Shown: in pieces, positions 12,412 to 24,800 of the stretch
Layout of the letters: the number at the start of each line of letters is the position of its first letter
Numbering within the stretch: the first letter of the stretch is position 1
Notes under the pieces: model-generated
What the model saw: the letters and a program-made list of their open reading frames with translations, nothing else
Database searches by the model: none
Told to the model about the DNA's origin: nothing
Made by a program: the position numbers and the translations under genes
Assembly (NCBI RefSeq): GCF_001194135.2
Contig: NC_068991.1
Location: forward strand, 4,500,384-4,564,383
Source of the DNA: Octopus bimaculoides
Taxonomy: Eukaryota
DNA length: 64,000 nt
Direction: 5' to 3'

Positions 12412-13459
12412 GTACTGTTGCTGAATATCTCACGTTGTGTGATTTAAAAAATAGTAATTTTCTTACTCATTTTTTTATTGCGCAGACAGTGTAGGAGGTG
12501 AAGGACGGTGAGGAATTCCGAGACGTGAAGCAGAGACGTGAACGATATCAGGACATCAGACACCTATCTCAAACTTTTACAATTGAGCAGAGTCGGATGA
12601 AGAGTATCCCGAGGTTCAATGGTGATGCTTACCCAGGAGAAGAATTAAGTTAAAAGTATAGCTACCATATTTTACATAATAGTTTATATATTATTCTAAT
12701 AGTAATTCATTATAGTTTATCATGCGACTGTCTCTTGTATAAGCGCACCAATTATTGTTCGTCTGAGATCTATGTGCTTACGAATCTGAATTATCTTTCA
12801 AGCAATTGCAGAAGGTGGAAGGCGGTGGTTCATATCTCGTAATGAATTTTTTTTTTAAATTCCTTATGAGATAACATTGAATTGTATACCCCTATGAAGA
12901 TATGCCTCATAACGTATTTTATAATGTCTTGAAATAAAATAAGAAAAATGAACGATGTACCATTTCCCGTATGATATCAAAACATTGGATTCTTGTATTC
13001 AGTTCCCTTGTGTATATCACACATCGTATAACATAGTCTTCATATATAATTAGAATGCTGGAAATTATTAAATCACAATTACAGGAGTGTTTAAACTTGA
13101 TGAGTGTGCCTTTTGCGGAGAAGGTCGGCGTGTTATATGTATCAGAGAATCCTATCGTTTCCTATCTTGACATGTGACAGAATAAAAATATTGCGGAATG
13201 TCTTCGTTCGTTTTGTGGCTTTCTTTTCTAAGATGAGACCGTGTCTTCTGACCGTTGACGATTTAGGCAATAATGATGAATCGACCCGATGATGTTTGGG
13301 CGGGGCGTAGAGGAAATGTCGCGAGTTCAAGCTCTTAACGAGCTTACTTCGAAGCATTCCTATGATTAATAATCGGCCGCACCCCCACCGCCACTCTCTT
13401 GGCGATATCAAAGTCAACAAATAATGTTCAATGAAGATCAATAAATAACGACGATATTG

Positions 13460-13460
<1 letters not shown>

Positions 13461-13529
<69 letters not shown>

Positions 13530-13951
13530 TAATAATAATAATGAAATGATTTATCTAACCAAAATCAGCAAATTACAATTAACACGAGAAAAACAGCGTT
13601 AACAAAATATTATCAACAGTATCAACATCTGCAGAAGCATCGACATCGTTGTAATCGACAACACCGTCTTCAATCACCGGCCAAAGAATTAGAAAAAAAA
13701 AGCGGACTAAAATGTTATTAAAAAAAAAATAACGGCAAACAAAATAGTGCTGACGTCGGGCGCAGTAAAATTAATATGGCTTCTTTATTGTTATGCTATT
13801 TATTTGTATTTCTTTCAGCATTGTTTTATAATATTAAAAAAAGCAAAAACTCTAATAAGGTTAACAAAAAGAAAATGAAAGACGGAATGGAAATCTGATA
13901 TTAGACGACAATAGAATTAATAGCACTAATAATAATGATGATTATGATAAC

Positions 13952-14016
<65 letters not shown>

Positions 14017-14240
14017 GATTAATAATAACAGCAGCAACAATCTGTTTATCAACAGGACTAGCAATGACGCCAATGAAACAGCAACTGTATCTTACTTTCA
14101 AACATTAAGAATTAATTCTATTTTGATTTTGTTGTTATTGTTGCTGTTGTTTCTGTAATTATTAAAAAAAATGTCAACAATCGTTTCTTTTATTCGCTTG
14201 CATCCAACTTTAATGGAAACTAAACATAATAACACCATTC

Positions 14241-14314
<74 letters not shown>

Positions 14315-14360
14315 TAATAATAATAATAATAATAATGATAATAATAATAATAATAATAGC
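13461..14360. repeat. Cluster of (AAT)n microsatellites (~13461-13545, 13935-14030, 14240-14360)
   Basis: Direct inspection. Confidence 0.95.
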
Positions 14361-16018
14361 GTGCATTATTACGTTTCGAAAATCAGCTCTTTTTTCGACT
14401 AAATCACTTGACCAAATGTCAAAACTATGAGAATTGCAGACGCACCAATGACGAAAAGATTGCTATGGAATTAAGACATAAAGTAGAAGCAGCATTTAAT
14501 ATGCGTGTCCTACAGTCTACGGTTCATATACTAGACTGGGTAGCGGGATGATTCTGTGACCGAGAGGTAATCAGTCGAAGTATGTACCAAATGATGTAAG
14601 AGTACATTAAAATAAATGTCACTAGTGATGACAGTGAAAAGGTTGATGATATGAAAAGCAACTAACGAAATATGCGGACCATATTCCGGGCAGCCCCAAA
14701 ATACAAGGGGCACTACCGATAGAAAGATTAGTAAAATGGAGAGAGACAAACAAAGAAAGATATGCAACAGGAGTGACAGACAGACAGACAGACAGAGGCA
14801 GAGACTAACAAACACAGAAATTGAAAATATATCAGAAGGTACGTCGACTTTGGGTAACTAGACTGGTAGTAAAGATTCCGTATACGGACATATGTTAATG
14901 AGTAAAGCACTATGAGCTTCGACAGGGATAGTTTTTGTTGAGCTAAATATACTTCCTTATTTAAGCCCTTCGCTTCCTGTGGAGCAGATAACATAGACCC
15001 CTATCCTCTTCTGTTCCCGACGCCGGGCTTTAATTTCTGCTTCTCTCCAACTAGCTCTTATCTGATTAAATGGTTTCTAGCTGATACGAGAATCTCTTCA
15101 AAGTCTTGTTGGTTTTGAATTGTTATCGATACTTCTGTAAATTGGCTTTCTTATAGATAAAGGATATTCTCAAACCCAAACTAACCTTTACCAATGGCCA
15201 AAGGTCGTCTGTATCAAAATAGTCTCTCTTTTGTGACTGTCCGGTATGGGTTTCCCAACAAACAGATTCCCATCCCCTGCCGGGGCTCTCAGGATCCTTG
15301 AGATACAGATACTACTTCATAGCGACTAGATCTTGTGGCGATGTAAAAAAGTGTACCCCTTTGAATATTTCCTATACAATTTAACTATGAAAATCCCTGG
15401 AGCGAAACTACAAAAAATATTTCTGAAATTTTGAGAATAAAAATGAGATTTATTTGTAATGGCAATTATGCTAATTAAAAAAATTAAATGATCTATATTG
15501 TTTTTAGAAAGAGGTCATATATCATGAATTAGTGCAAAGTTGAAATAATATTTTGCAGCATCAATTATTCAAACAGTAAGTAATATTTTATTGTTATACG
15601 CTTGGCTGTGTCGTCTATGTACTTGAAACGGTTATTATTTGTTTGTCTATATATTTGAAACGGTTATTATATCCTATAGAAAGGATTTATCAAATTATGT
15701 TGTAAAATCAAGTGGCTATATATTCGTTACTTGTTTTCCTCTTTTTAAATTTCAAGTGAGTGTGATGCAATTGAAGTTACGTATAGCTTAACTATGACGA
15801 GATATTGCTTAGGCTCAAGCATTTGTGAGTCGTGTAGCGCAGATGCTCACACACATAGGACTGGCATAATAATGAGCGTTTATTCAATGCATTTTGGGGG
15901 GAATATATTAATTTACATTTGAAAAGGAATAGTAGTGAGCAACATGGATGTTTCAGCATATGTGCTAGCCAATATGTACTCCTTGTATACACAAATACAT
16001 ACAATTGTACACACACAG

Positions 16019-16057
<39 letters not shown>

Positions 16058-16059
<2 letters not shown>

Positions 16060-16205
16060 TGTGGCCGTGTGGTAAGAAGCTTGCTTCCCAAGCATGTTTT
16101 CGTGTTCAGTCCCACTGTGTAGCAACATGGGAGCGTGTCATCTACTATCGACCAAAGCCTTCTCAGTGGATTTGGTAGACGGGAACAGGAAGAAGCCCGT
16201 CGTAT
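16058..16205 (+). mobile_element. SINE family B head (tRNA-derived, CORE-like)
   Basis: ggtgtggccgtgtggtaag (A box) ... gtgttcagtccc (B box) ... gtcttctactat-like CORE segment ... gaagcccgtcg, running into (TA)n. Confidence 0.85.
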
Positions 16206-16354
16206 ATATANNNNNNNNNNNNNNNNNNNNNNNNNNNNNNNNNNNNNNNNNNNNNNNNNNNNNNNNNNNNNNNNNNNNNNNNNNNNNNNNNNNNNNNNNN
16301 NNNNNNNNNNNNNNNNNNNNNNNNNNNNNNNNNNNNNNNNNNNNNNNNNNNNNN

Positions 16355-16404
<50 letters not shown>

Positions 16405-17280
16405 GTGTGTGTATATGTATGTATGCATGTATGTATGCATGTATGTATGCATTTCTGTATATGTGTGTGAGAGAGAGAGAAATAGAGAGTATATATATAC
16501 ATGTGTGTGTGTCTATGTGTTTATATATACGTTCAGAGATAGAAATAGATAGAAATATATGTGTGTACATATGTATATACAACCCCCGAGTCTTGGATTT
16601 GTAGATCTAACTGCTCACTTATTAATATATTAATTAATTAATTTAATATTCCCTATTTCCCTATTTGTCAAATAATTCGGTAGCAATTATTTCAGAAAGC
16701 TATGAAGTATTATTCATTTCCGCTCTGATAATAATTAATTATATACAGAGAGCATATATATTTTCGGATAAAGCTAGGGATAACCGTCGGCTGAACTCCA
16801 CATAGCGATGTGAATTGTGAGGTCAAACCAGAGAATGATCTGACAATACTACGCGATTCTCTGAAGTTATAAATCATTCCTTTTCATACAAAATGGATAC
16901 ACTTGCAAAGGGAATATATAAGGAATTTTCCTCCGATGTATCCATCATATCTGAAATGTCTCTATTTCGCTGTATTGTAATTTTAATTATATCATGCACA
17001 GGCAAGTGCTGTAACCAGAAAGGTATATATATATATATATATNNNNNNNNNNNNNNNNNNNNNNNNNNNNNNNNNNNNNNNNNNNNNNNNNNNNNNNNNN
17101 NNNNNNNNNNNNNNNNNNNNNNNNNNNNNNNNNNNNNNNNNNNNNNNNNNNNNNNNNNNNNNNNNNNNNNNNNNNNNNNNNNNNNNNNNNNNNNNNNNNN
17201 NNNNNNNNNNNNNNNNNNNNNNNNNNNNNNNNNNNNNNNNNNNNNNNNNNNNNNNNNNNNNNNNNNNNNNNNNNNNNNNN

Positions 17281-17349
17281 GGGGTCGATTTGTTCGATTA
17301 AGGGAGTACTCCAGCATGGCCGTAACAAATGACGGAAAGAAATAAAAGA

Positions 17350-17350
<1 letters not shown>
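17281..17350 (+). mobile_element. SINE family B 3' tail fragment
   Basis: ggggtcgatttgttcgattaa...ctccagcatggccg...aataaaagaat. Confidence 0.75.
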
Positions 17351-17384
<34 letters not shown>

Positions 17385-18339
17385 TTACATATATTTGTAG
17401 TGACAAAGACATATAAAGAGAGAGAGAGAGAGAGAGAGAGAGTAGTGTTCAGGAATATGTATGTTTGTATGTGTGCATACATGCTAGAACTTATCTATCA
17501 TTCTATCTGTCTATCTATATATCCCTCAGTATATATAACCTACACATATAATAAATGCACGCATACACATACACACGCATCCCAAACACCCCCTCCCCAC
17601 CACACACTTATGTATATAATCAATTTGTAGCTTAGGAATACTTCATTAGTATGGTCCCATAGTACAAAAATCTATCATTCTCTGGCTACAACGCAACATC
17701 GATTAGCACTGATTCACGGCCATTTCTTCCGTATGACACGTATTAGCTCCACGAGCCCTGATTATCACTAGCTTATCTCTTCATTTTATCATATGTCAAT
17801 GTTTGCGTTAAAAGTTTTTGTGTGCTAAAAGACATTATCCTCTGTTTCTCTTGTTATTTGAGCTTTGGCAATGTTTTTCATTGTCGACGAGAATATTTCA
17901 TTTTCTAAAATTATTGTTCTCCTTCCAACCAGAAACGGTGCATCCACGTTAGCCACGAATGGGTAAGTTAAGTTATAAAAATAATAAGTATGAAAAATCT
18001 GCAGACTCTGGAAGACAGATTTATATAATATTACGAAAGTACTGTACGAAAAACTCAATGTATTAAAAGTTGAAGAAAAGAACAGATTTCCCAGACACAT
18101 TAAAGATATATCGTATTTAAATGTAAAAATATCGAAGACAAATGGTGGTAATAAAATAACACGTCACAAGAGAGCGAAGTGCAAACAGAGAAGAGACGTA
18201 TGCAATGGTTTAGTCTGAAACCGAGTGGTTTCGTGTTCATTCTCAATCCGCGGCACTTTGGGCACGTGTCTTTTACTATGTCCTTGGTCAGAATGATGTT
18301 TTATGAGAGTAAACGTATTCTTTTATTCTTTTATTTGTT

Positions 18340-18520
18340 TGAGTCATTTCACTGCAGGCCATGCTGGAGCACCACCTTTAGTCGAGCAATTCGACCACAA
18401 GACATATTCTTTGTAAGACTAGTACTTATTCTATCGGTCTCTTTTGCTGAACCGCTTCGTTATGTGGACAACATCGGTTGTCAAGCGATAGTGGGGGGAC
18501 ACACACGTACATACAAACAC
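18340..18520 (-). mobile_element. SINE family B 3' tail region
   Basis: ggccatgctggagcaccacctttagtcgagcaattcgacc...gaaccgct...catcggttgtcaagcgat. Confidence 0.8.
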
Positions 18521-18548
18521 TTACATATATACATAAACACACCTATGC

Positions 18549-18586
<38 letters not shown>

Positions 18587-18622
18587 ATACACACATATAT
18601 ATATATACATATGTATATACAC

Positions 18623-18655
<33 letters not shown>

Positions 18656-18680
18656 AATACATATATATACACACACACAA

Positions 18681-18717
<37 letters not shown>

Positions 18718-18758
18718 CATACGTATATATAAATACATATATATACACNNNNNNNNNN

Positions 18759-18849
<91 letters not shown>

Positions 18850-19816
18850 TATATACAGGCAATTATGCGGATAAGCATATTAGACACATCGGATATATTA
18901 AATACAAAATATGTATGTATGTCTACATGAAAAACGACAGAGAGCAAAAGATGAACACTTTCACACGATGAATAATGAATTTAAATGGATAAAGATTTTT
19001 TTTTTTTTTTCCTGTAAATAGGTCCATCTTACACACAATACAAACGACAAATTCTGCATTTGAAATTCTCTGCAGTAAGTTATGAAATGTAAGATACCGT
19101 GAAGACGGAAGCTCGCCGCGTCCTATTCACATTGTGCCGATATTGACAAATTCACGGGGAAAATCATATCTCGGATCTGAATCACAATTTTAAGGGCTAT
19201 CAACTGGAACCGGAATTAATTGTTTTTTCTTCGTTTATGGGCGTCTGGTTTCAAATAACCAAATCAGGACATACCGACCAAATTTACCTTTTTGGTGTAT
19301 TGCGGTTTAAAATGATTATCTGTAAAATCTCGCCAGCTTTCAGTCAAGGACAACATCCATGATGACTTCAGAAGGATGTCCATAACGTCGCATCCAATAA
19401 TTTCTTCGAAACGTCCCGGCCCGGGTTGCTCTATTTGTGATGATATTTGTCACACAGATCGTTCTTCGAAACGTAGGAAGGTGTATGCTTTGACAGAAGA
19501 ACAATCCAGAATCGAATCACTATATTACTGATTGGCCCATGTTACGCATATTTATTGTTTGGCATTGCTTCAATATTTGTTGTGAATAATAAATGATCAG
19601 TTTTAACAATCTAGTGCAAAGGAATCTGATTTTCTTTGTGAATCATAAGGGGGTGTAGACAATGATTAACAAAGAAATTTAGAGGAATATTATCCACGTG
19701 CAAGGCATATCTAATTTTCTGATCCTTGTCCATTGTTCCTGCATAAATATTCTATTTATGTATACATATATATATTATGCAATATACATTATATATATAT
19801 GTGCTTATATATATAA

Positions 19817-19884
<68 letters not shown>

Positions 19885-19915
19885 GTATGCATGTTTATAT
19901 TTATGTTTGCGTGTG

Positions 19916-19967
<52 letters not shown>

Positions 19968-20480
19968 ACCATATATATACTTACATGACAATACATGTAC
20001 GAGACTCTGTGGGAGTATGTGTGTGTGATTGTGTGTGTGAGTGTATGTGTGTATAAGTTCGAGAGAGAGAGAGAGTTATAGAGCAAGCACATTGTGTGGC
20101 TCTGTGCGGAGATGCCATGAGAAGCCATTAACGTGTTAGAAAGGATAGCTGTCAATCAATTGTCAATATCTGGAACTATACGTCGTATCTCGTTTACAGA
20201 ATAAGTCACGTATACATGTACGCATGGAAGTATATTTGAACGTATGTATATAGATATACGTTAGTGTATGTGTTTATGTATATATGTATATATACTTCCA
20301 GATATTCAAGCATAGTCATATTTTCAATTTCATGTGGATAATTACACACATATATCGCATATATATGTATATGTGTGGGTGTTTGTGTGTGTGCGTCTGT
20401 GCGTGTTTCTATGTATACGACTACCTATATCATTTTTTATGTATGTATGCATATATATGTACATATGTGTGTGTATGTCT

Positions 20481-20598
<118 letters not shown>

Positions 20599-22524
20599 CC
20601 ATGTGTGTGCCTGTAATGCTTCTCTGTGTACGTGTGTGTGTATGTATGCGTGTGATTCTACATAACTTATCTTGTATATAATTCAATAACTTTATTCAAT
20701 TTGCTTCTATCCATATCTGATTTCTTGCTATTTCCTTCATCCTTCCCAGTTATGGCGTTTAAAATTCTATAAAATTTGCTGTAATCTCCAGAATTCTTTT
20801 AACTTTCATAAACATCTATGGCCTTTGCAGATCGTTGTAATTCCAATATATCCTTATAACAATTTCTTAATTCTCCCCATAATTTTAAATTACATTAGCA
20901 ATTTAATCCATCTCCTAAATGGTCTGATATATTTGCTCTACTCTCAATAAAATTTTGCCAATATTAGTTAATAGAAACGATAGGATTCATTGTTTAGTTT
21001 TGTTTTTTCTTAATTTTTATTTGGTTTTTTTTTTTTTATTTTGGAAATATCGGTTCTGTTTTTCCTACGCTGTTATTTTTGACATTTCAAATGTTAACTT
21101 CTTTACAGCTAAATTATCGATATCTCTAAATATTTACATTTACTAAAACAAATTCATAAACTTATATATATGTATGTTAATACCGTTATTGCCTAAACTA
21201 AATTCGTTAGTCTAGTATACTCTTTTATTTGTTCATGCCAGTTCTGTTTTCCCGTCTATTCTATTCTGTTTCTATTTAATTATTTATAGATTATTATTGC
21301 CGGCATTATGATAAAAGCTATAGCTATATATTAATCGATTTCACTTCCCTTTATTTTGCCTTCATTTCCTTCTTTTCCCTCACACTTCTCTGAGATTTCG
21401 CTAACACCTTCTTACTTTAGGCGGTTTTCTATTACTTCTGCAATAATTATCGTAACACTTTAATTAAGATGAATGAGCGAAACAAATGAGTGACGCTGCA
21501 AATTATCAGCCATGTCACACCTTCATATACTAAACAATATAACACAGTAAATGTTGTGTTTAGAACAACACCGGCATCTATCCTTAAACATGTTTTGTTT
21601 CTGCGTATGTGATGGATTGCGAATGTAGTTACATTTACAATTCATTGTTGATGACGAATATCAAAAAATATATATATATTTCTTGTACCTATTGCTATCC
21701 TCAGAAACAATTATATTGGTATATTATAGATTACAGGGGTGTATCACTACCTGAAGTCAGTACCTCAACACGGCCGTAGTCCAGTGGCAGAAACAATTAA
21801 AATATAAATTAATTATAAAAATAACTTTCTTTTAGTTATCACTTTATATGGTCAACTGGATAAATAAACATATATTCGAGAGGAAAATTGTGTTTATCGT
21901 CAATACCTTTTGTTTATTTATCAAGAAAGTGCATTTCACTCAATCACAAAATACACGAGACGACATTAGAAATAATTACTGCAAAATACCATTCACTTTA
22001 ACCGAGTCAAAACTAATTCCTGCATAACTTTTTCTAATACAGAATGAAAAGCGTTCTAAGTGCGCCCTTTGTTATGATATAATTTACATTATACTATATT
22101 ATACTATATTATATTATATTATATTATATTATATTGTAATATACAACTATAGTATCAGATATTGCGTGTTATTTCAATAATCGTATCGTTAAATATATTA
22201 TATTGTACAGCCTTTAAGTATGTAGAATTTTTAGCATGAAATGTTCCGACTTTTTGGCATTTATTTTTGTTAATAATTATAATGTGTATATTAGCTTTAA
22301 TGCGGATAATGTGATCTTTATGTATTATGCGTCATGTAATTATTCTTAAACATGTAAATTGTAAACGGTTATGAAAATAAGCATACCATATTTTCTATTT
22401 CATATTTGATATATCTCGTGATAAATTTTGTTAGATATACTATTATAGAAAATACGTACTTTTAGTAGTTTTCTATGCATAGTTTAGAATATGATACGTT
22501 TTATGATTTTCTTTTATACTTATA

Positions 22525-22862
22525 TTATCTCCGCCTTCGCTAAGGTGGAAGTATTGTTTCAGTCACGTTTGTTTGTTTGTCCTTGGACAAGATATCTCAA
22601 GAACCACTGGATGGATCTTTATAAAACTTTCAGGGAAGTCTGGTCCCGCGACTGGTACGAACTGATTAGACTTTGGGATCGATCCCGTACCGGACAAGGA
22701 TTCTGGATTATTTTCCCTGTTTTTTTTTTTTTTTTTTACTTTATTTTTGAGCGCGGTCGGGTTAATTTTAAGAATCATNNNNNNNNNNTCATCTCCGGCT
22801 AATCGTTGCGAGGACGTTGGTGTTGCGTTGGCGGAATTTTGCGCTTCTTGAATGCTCTTGTT
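22525..22862 (+). mobile_element. HINE/DINE-1-like non-autonomous rolling-circle (Helentron-associated) element
   Basis: 5' ttatctccgcc with short hairpin (ctccgcctt/aaggtggaag), (GTTT)n microsatellite, 3' subterminal ggcggaattt and terminal tgcgct...gaatgctcttgtt. Confidence 0.6.
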
Positions 22863-22874
22863 ATATTTTGCTTT

Positions 22875-23255
22875 ACTTGTTTCAGTCACTTAACTATGAC
22901 CATGCTGGAGCACCACATTAGAGGATTTTAGTCGTGCAAATAGAGCCCAGGACATTCTACTTATTCTATCGGGTTCTTAAACAGAATCGGTAAGTTACCA
23001 ATATCGGTTCTTACACAACACTGATTCTCAGCCAACACCAAGTCACCAACACTGGTCCTCAAGCGGTGATGGAGGCACAAACACACTCACAAAGACACAC
23101 ATACACATACACATACGCATCTAACGGGCTTCTATCAGTTTCCATCTACCAACTCCATAGACAAGGCTTTGGTCAACACTTGCCCAAGCTTCCACATAGT
23201 GCAACCGAACCCGGAACCATGTGTTTGCGAAGTAAGCTTTTGACAATACAGCCAC
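22875..23255 (-). mobile_element. SINE family B, near full length (head + short microsatellite + tail)
   Basis: Tail catgctggagcaccac..., then ctaacgggcttctatcagtttccatctacc...cacttgcccaag...ccggaaccatgtg...cagccacg. Confidence 0.85.
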
Positions 23256-23769
23256 GCTTGCGCCTAACCATAAATATTTTGCATCTATATTCGTATCTAT
23301 ATTTATCTCTTAATCTAACGATTCATCGATCGAACGATCTATCAATACACACACACACTTGTAAATATATTTGTGTATGTTTTTGATCTATGTGTATATT
23401 ATCATTTTGTGCTAGCTGTATAATTTATAATTGTTTTATTTTTCGTTTAATGATTTTCTGTTAATATATCTAGTTATATACCTGTGCGTGTTAATACACA
23501 TCTAACTGTCTGTTTATATGCTTAAACGCACACACTTATATACATAAATTCCTGTGAGAGTTGGAACGTAAGTAACTCAAATGCAGACATAACATTATTT
23601 ATCGACATCGCTTGTTCAATTTGCATATATTAGTATAGTATGTCTTTCTCCTTCGTACATTTCCGCTCTCTTCTTTTTTGCTTTTATTGCAGGTAAAACA
23701 GAAAAGTGGAAGACCCTCAAGAGCGGCTGCTGATACGAATCGCCGGCGAGGTGAAGAAAAAATTTGCCT

Positions 23770-23895
23770 AGACAGACGATTCGCAAACGTTGAGGTTGTT
23801 CCACAGACAGACTGTGTTCAAGTGTAAATGACAGGCGCGGAAATGTGTGGTAGTTCTTTAAGAGATGACAAATGCATCATTCTTGGACTTCTGGA
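23770..23895 (+). mobile_element. Decayed mariner-like transposase fragment (copy 1)
   Basis: SLRDDKCIILGLLER, similar to the mariner 'FWDxKGvIllDfLE' segment and to copy 2 at 24172. Confidence 0.35.
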
Positions 23896-23937
23896 ACGTT
23901 TTCGGCCTAGTTTGCCGATGGCCAGGTTTATTGCAAG

Positions 23938-24120
23938 GGTGTGGCTGTGAGGTAAGTCGTTTACTTCTGTGCCACATGGTTTTAGGTTCAATTCCACTCT
24001 GTAGGACCTTGAGCAAGTGTCTTCTACTATAAGTTCAGGTGTACCAGAGCGATGGAAATGAATTTGATAGACGGAATCTAAAAGAAGACCATCGTACGCA
24101 CACAGGCAAATGTGTATGTG
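23938..24120 (+). mobile_element. SINE family B head, inside the left arm of an inverted duplication
   Basis: ggtgtggctgtgaggtaag...ggttcaattcc...gaccttgagcaagtgtcttctactata. Confidence 0.85.
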
Positions 24121-24171
24121 TGTGAGTATGTGTGTGCGCGCGTGTCTATGTGTGAAGAAAAACATTACATC

Positions 24172-24295
24172 GACAGACGATTCACAAACGACGAGGTTGT
24201 TCTTTTAGAGATGAGAAATGCCTCATTCTCCATCTTCTGGAACCTCGTCTTACCATTAACACCGAGCTGATCATTGAGACGCCCGAACACAATGT
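24172..24295 (+). mobile_element. Decayed mariner-like transposase fragment (copy 2)
   Basis: FRDEKCLILHLLEPRLTINTELIIETP aligns by eye with mariner FWDxKGVILLDFLEPGQTINSxxYIETL. Confidence 0.45.
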
Positions 24296-24544
24296 TTAGC
24301 TGAACATGCTCCGAGCAAGAATCTGAAAGCCACTTACATTCCCTACCAGAATAAGTGAATATTCACACATTCATTTTATATTTTCTTACTTATTTCAATA
24401 ATTAGAGAGCGGCGTTTTAGGGATACTACCTTAAAGAGTTTTAAGTCGCATGTATCAATACACAATACTCAAATTTTCTTAAGCTTGATACATATTCGAT
24501 TATTTCTATTGCCAAACGATTAAGTTACATGGATGTAAAGAGGT

Positions 24545-24800
24545 CAACACCGATTGTCAAGCGGTAATCGAGAAGAAACGCAGTCACAAAGGCACACACA
24601 CGAACGCACGAGCACACACACATATTTGCGTCAGTGCGTACGACGGTCTTCTTTTAGTTTCCGTCTGCCAAATTCATTTCCAACGCTCTGGTACGATCGA
24701 ACTTATATTAAAAGACACTTGCGCAAGATGGTACGGAGTAGAATTGAACCGAGAGCCATGTGGCTCGGAAGTAAACGTCTAACCTCACAGCCACACCCTT
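24545..24800 (-). mobile_element. SINE family B, inside the right arm of the inverted duplication
   Basis: Reverse complement shares private variants with the copy at 23938. Confidence 0.85.
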
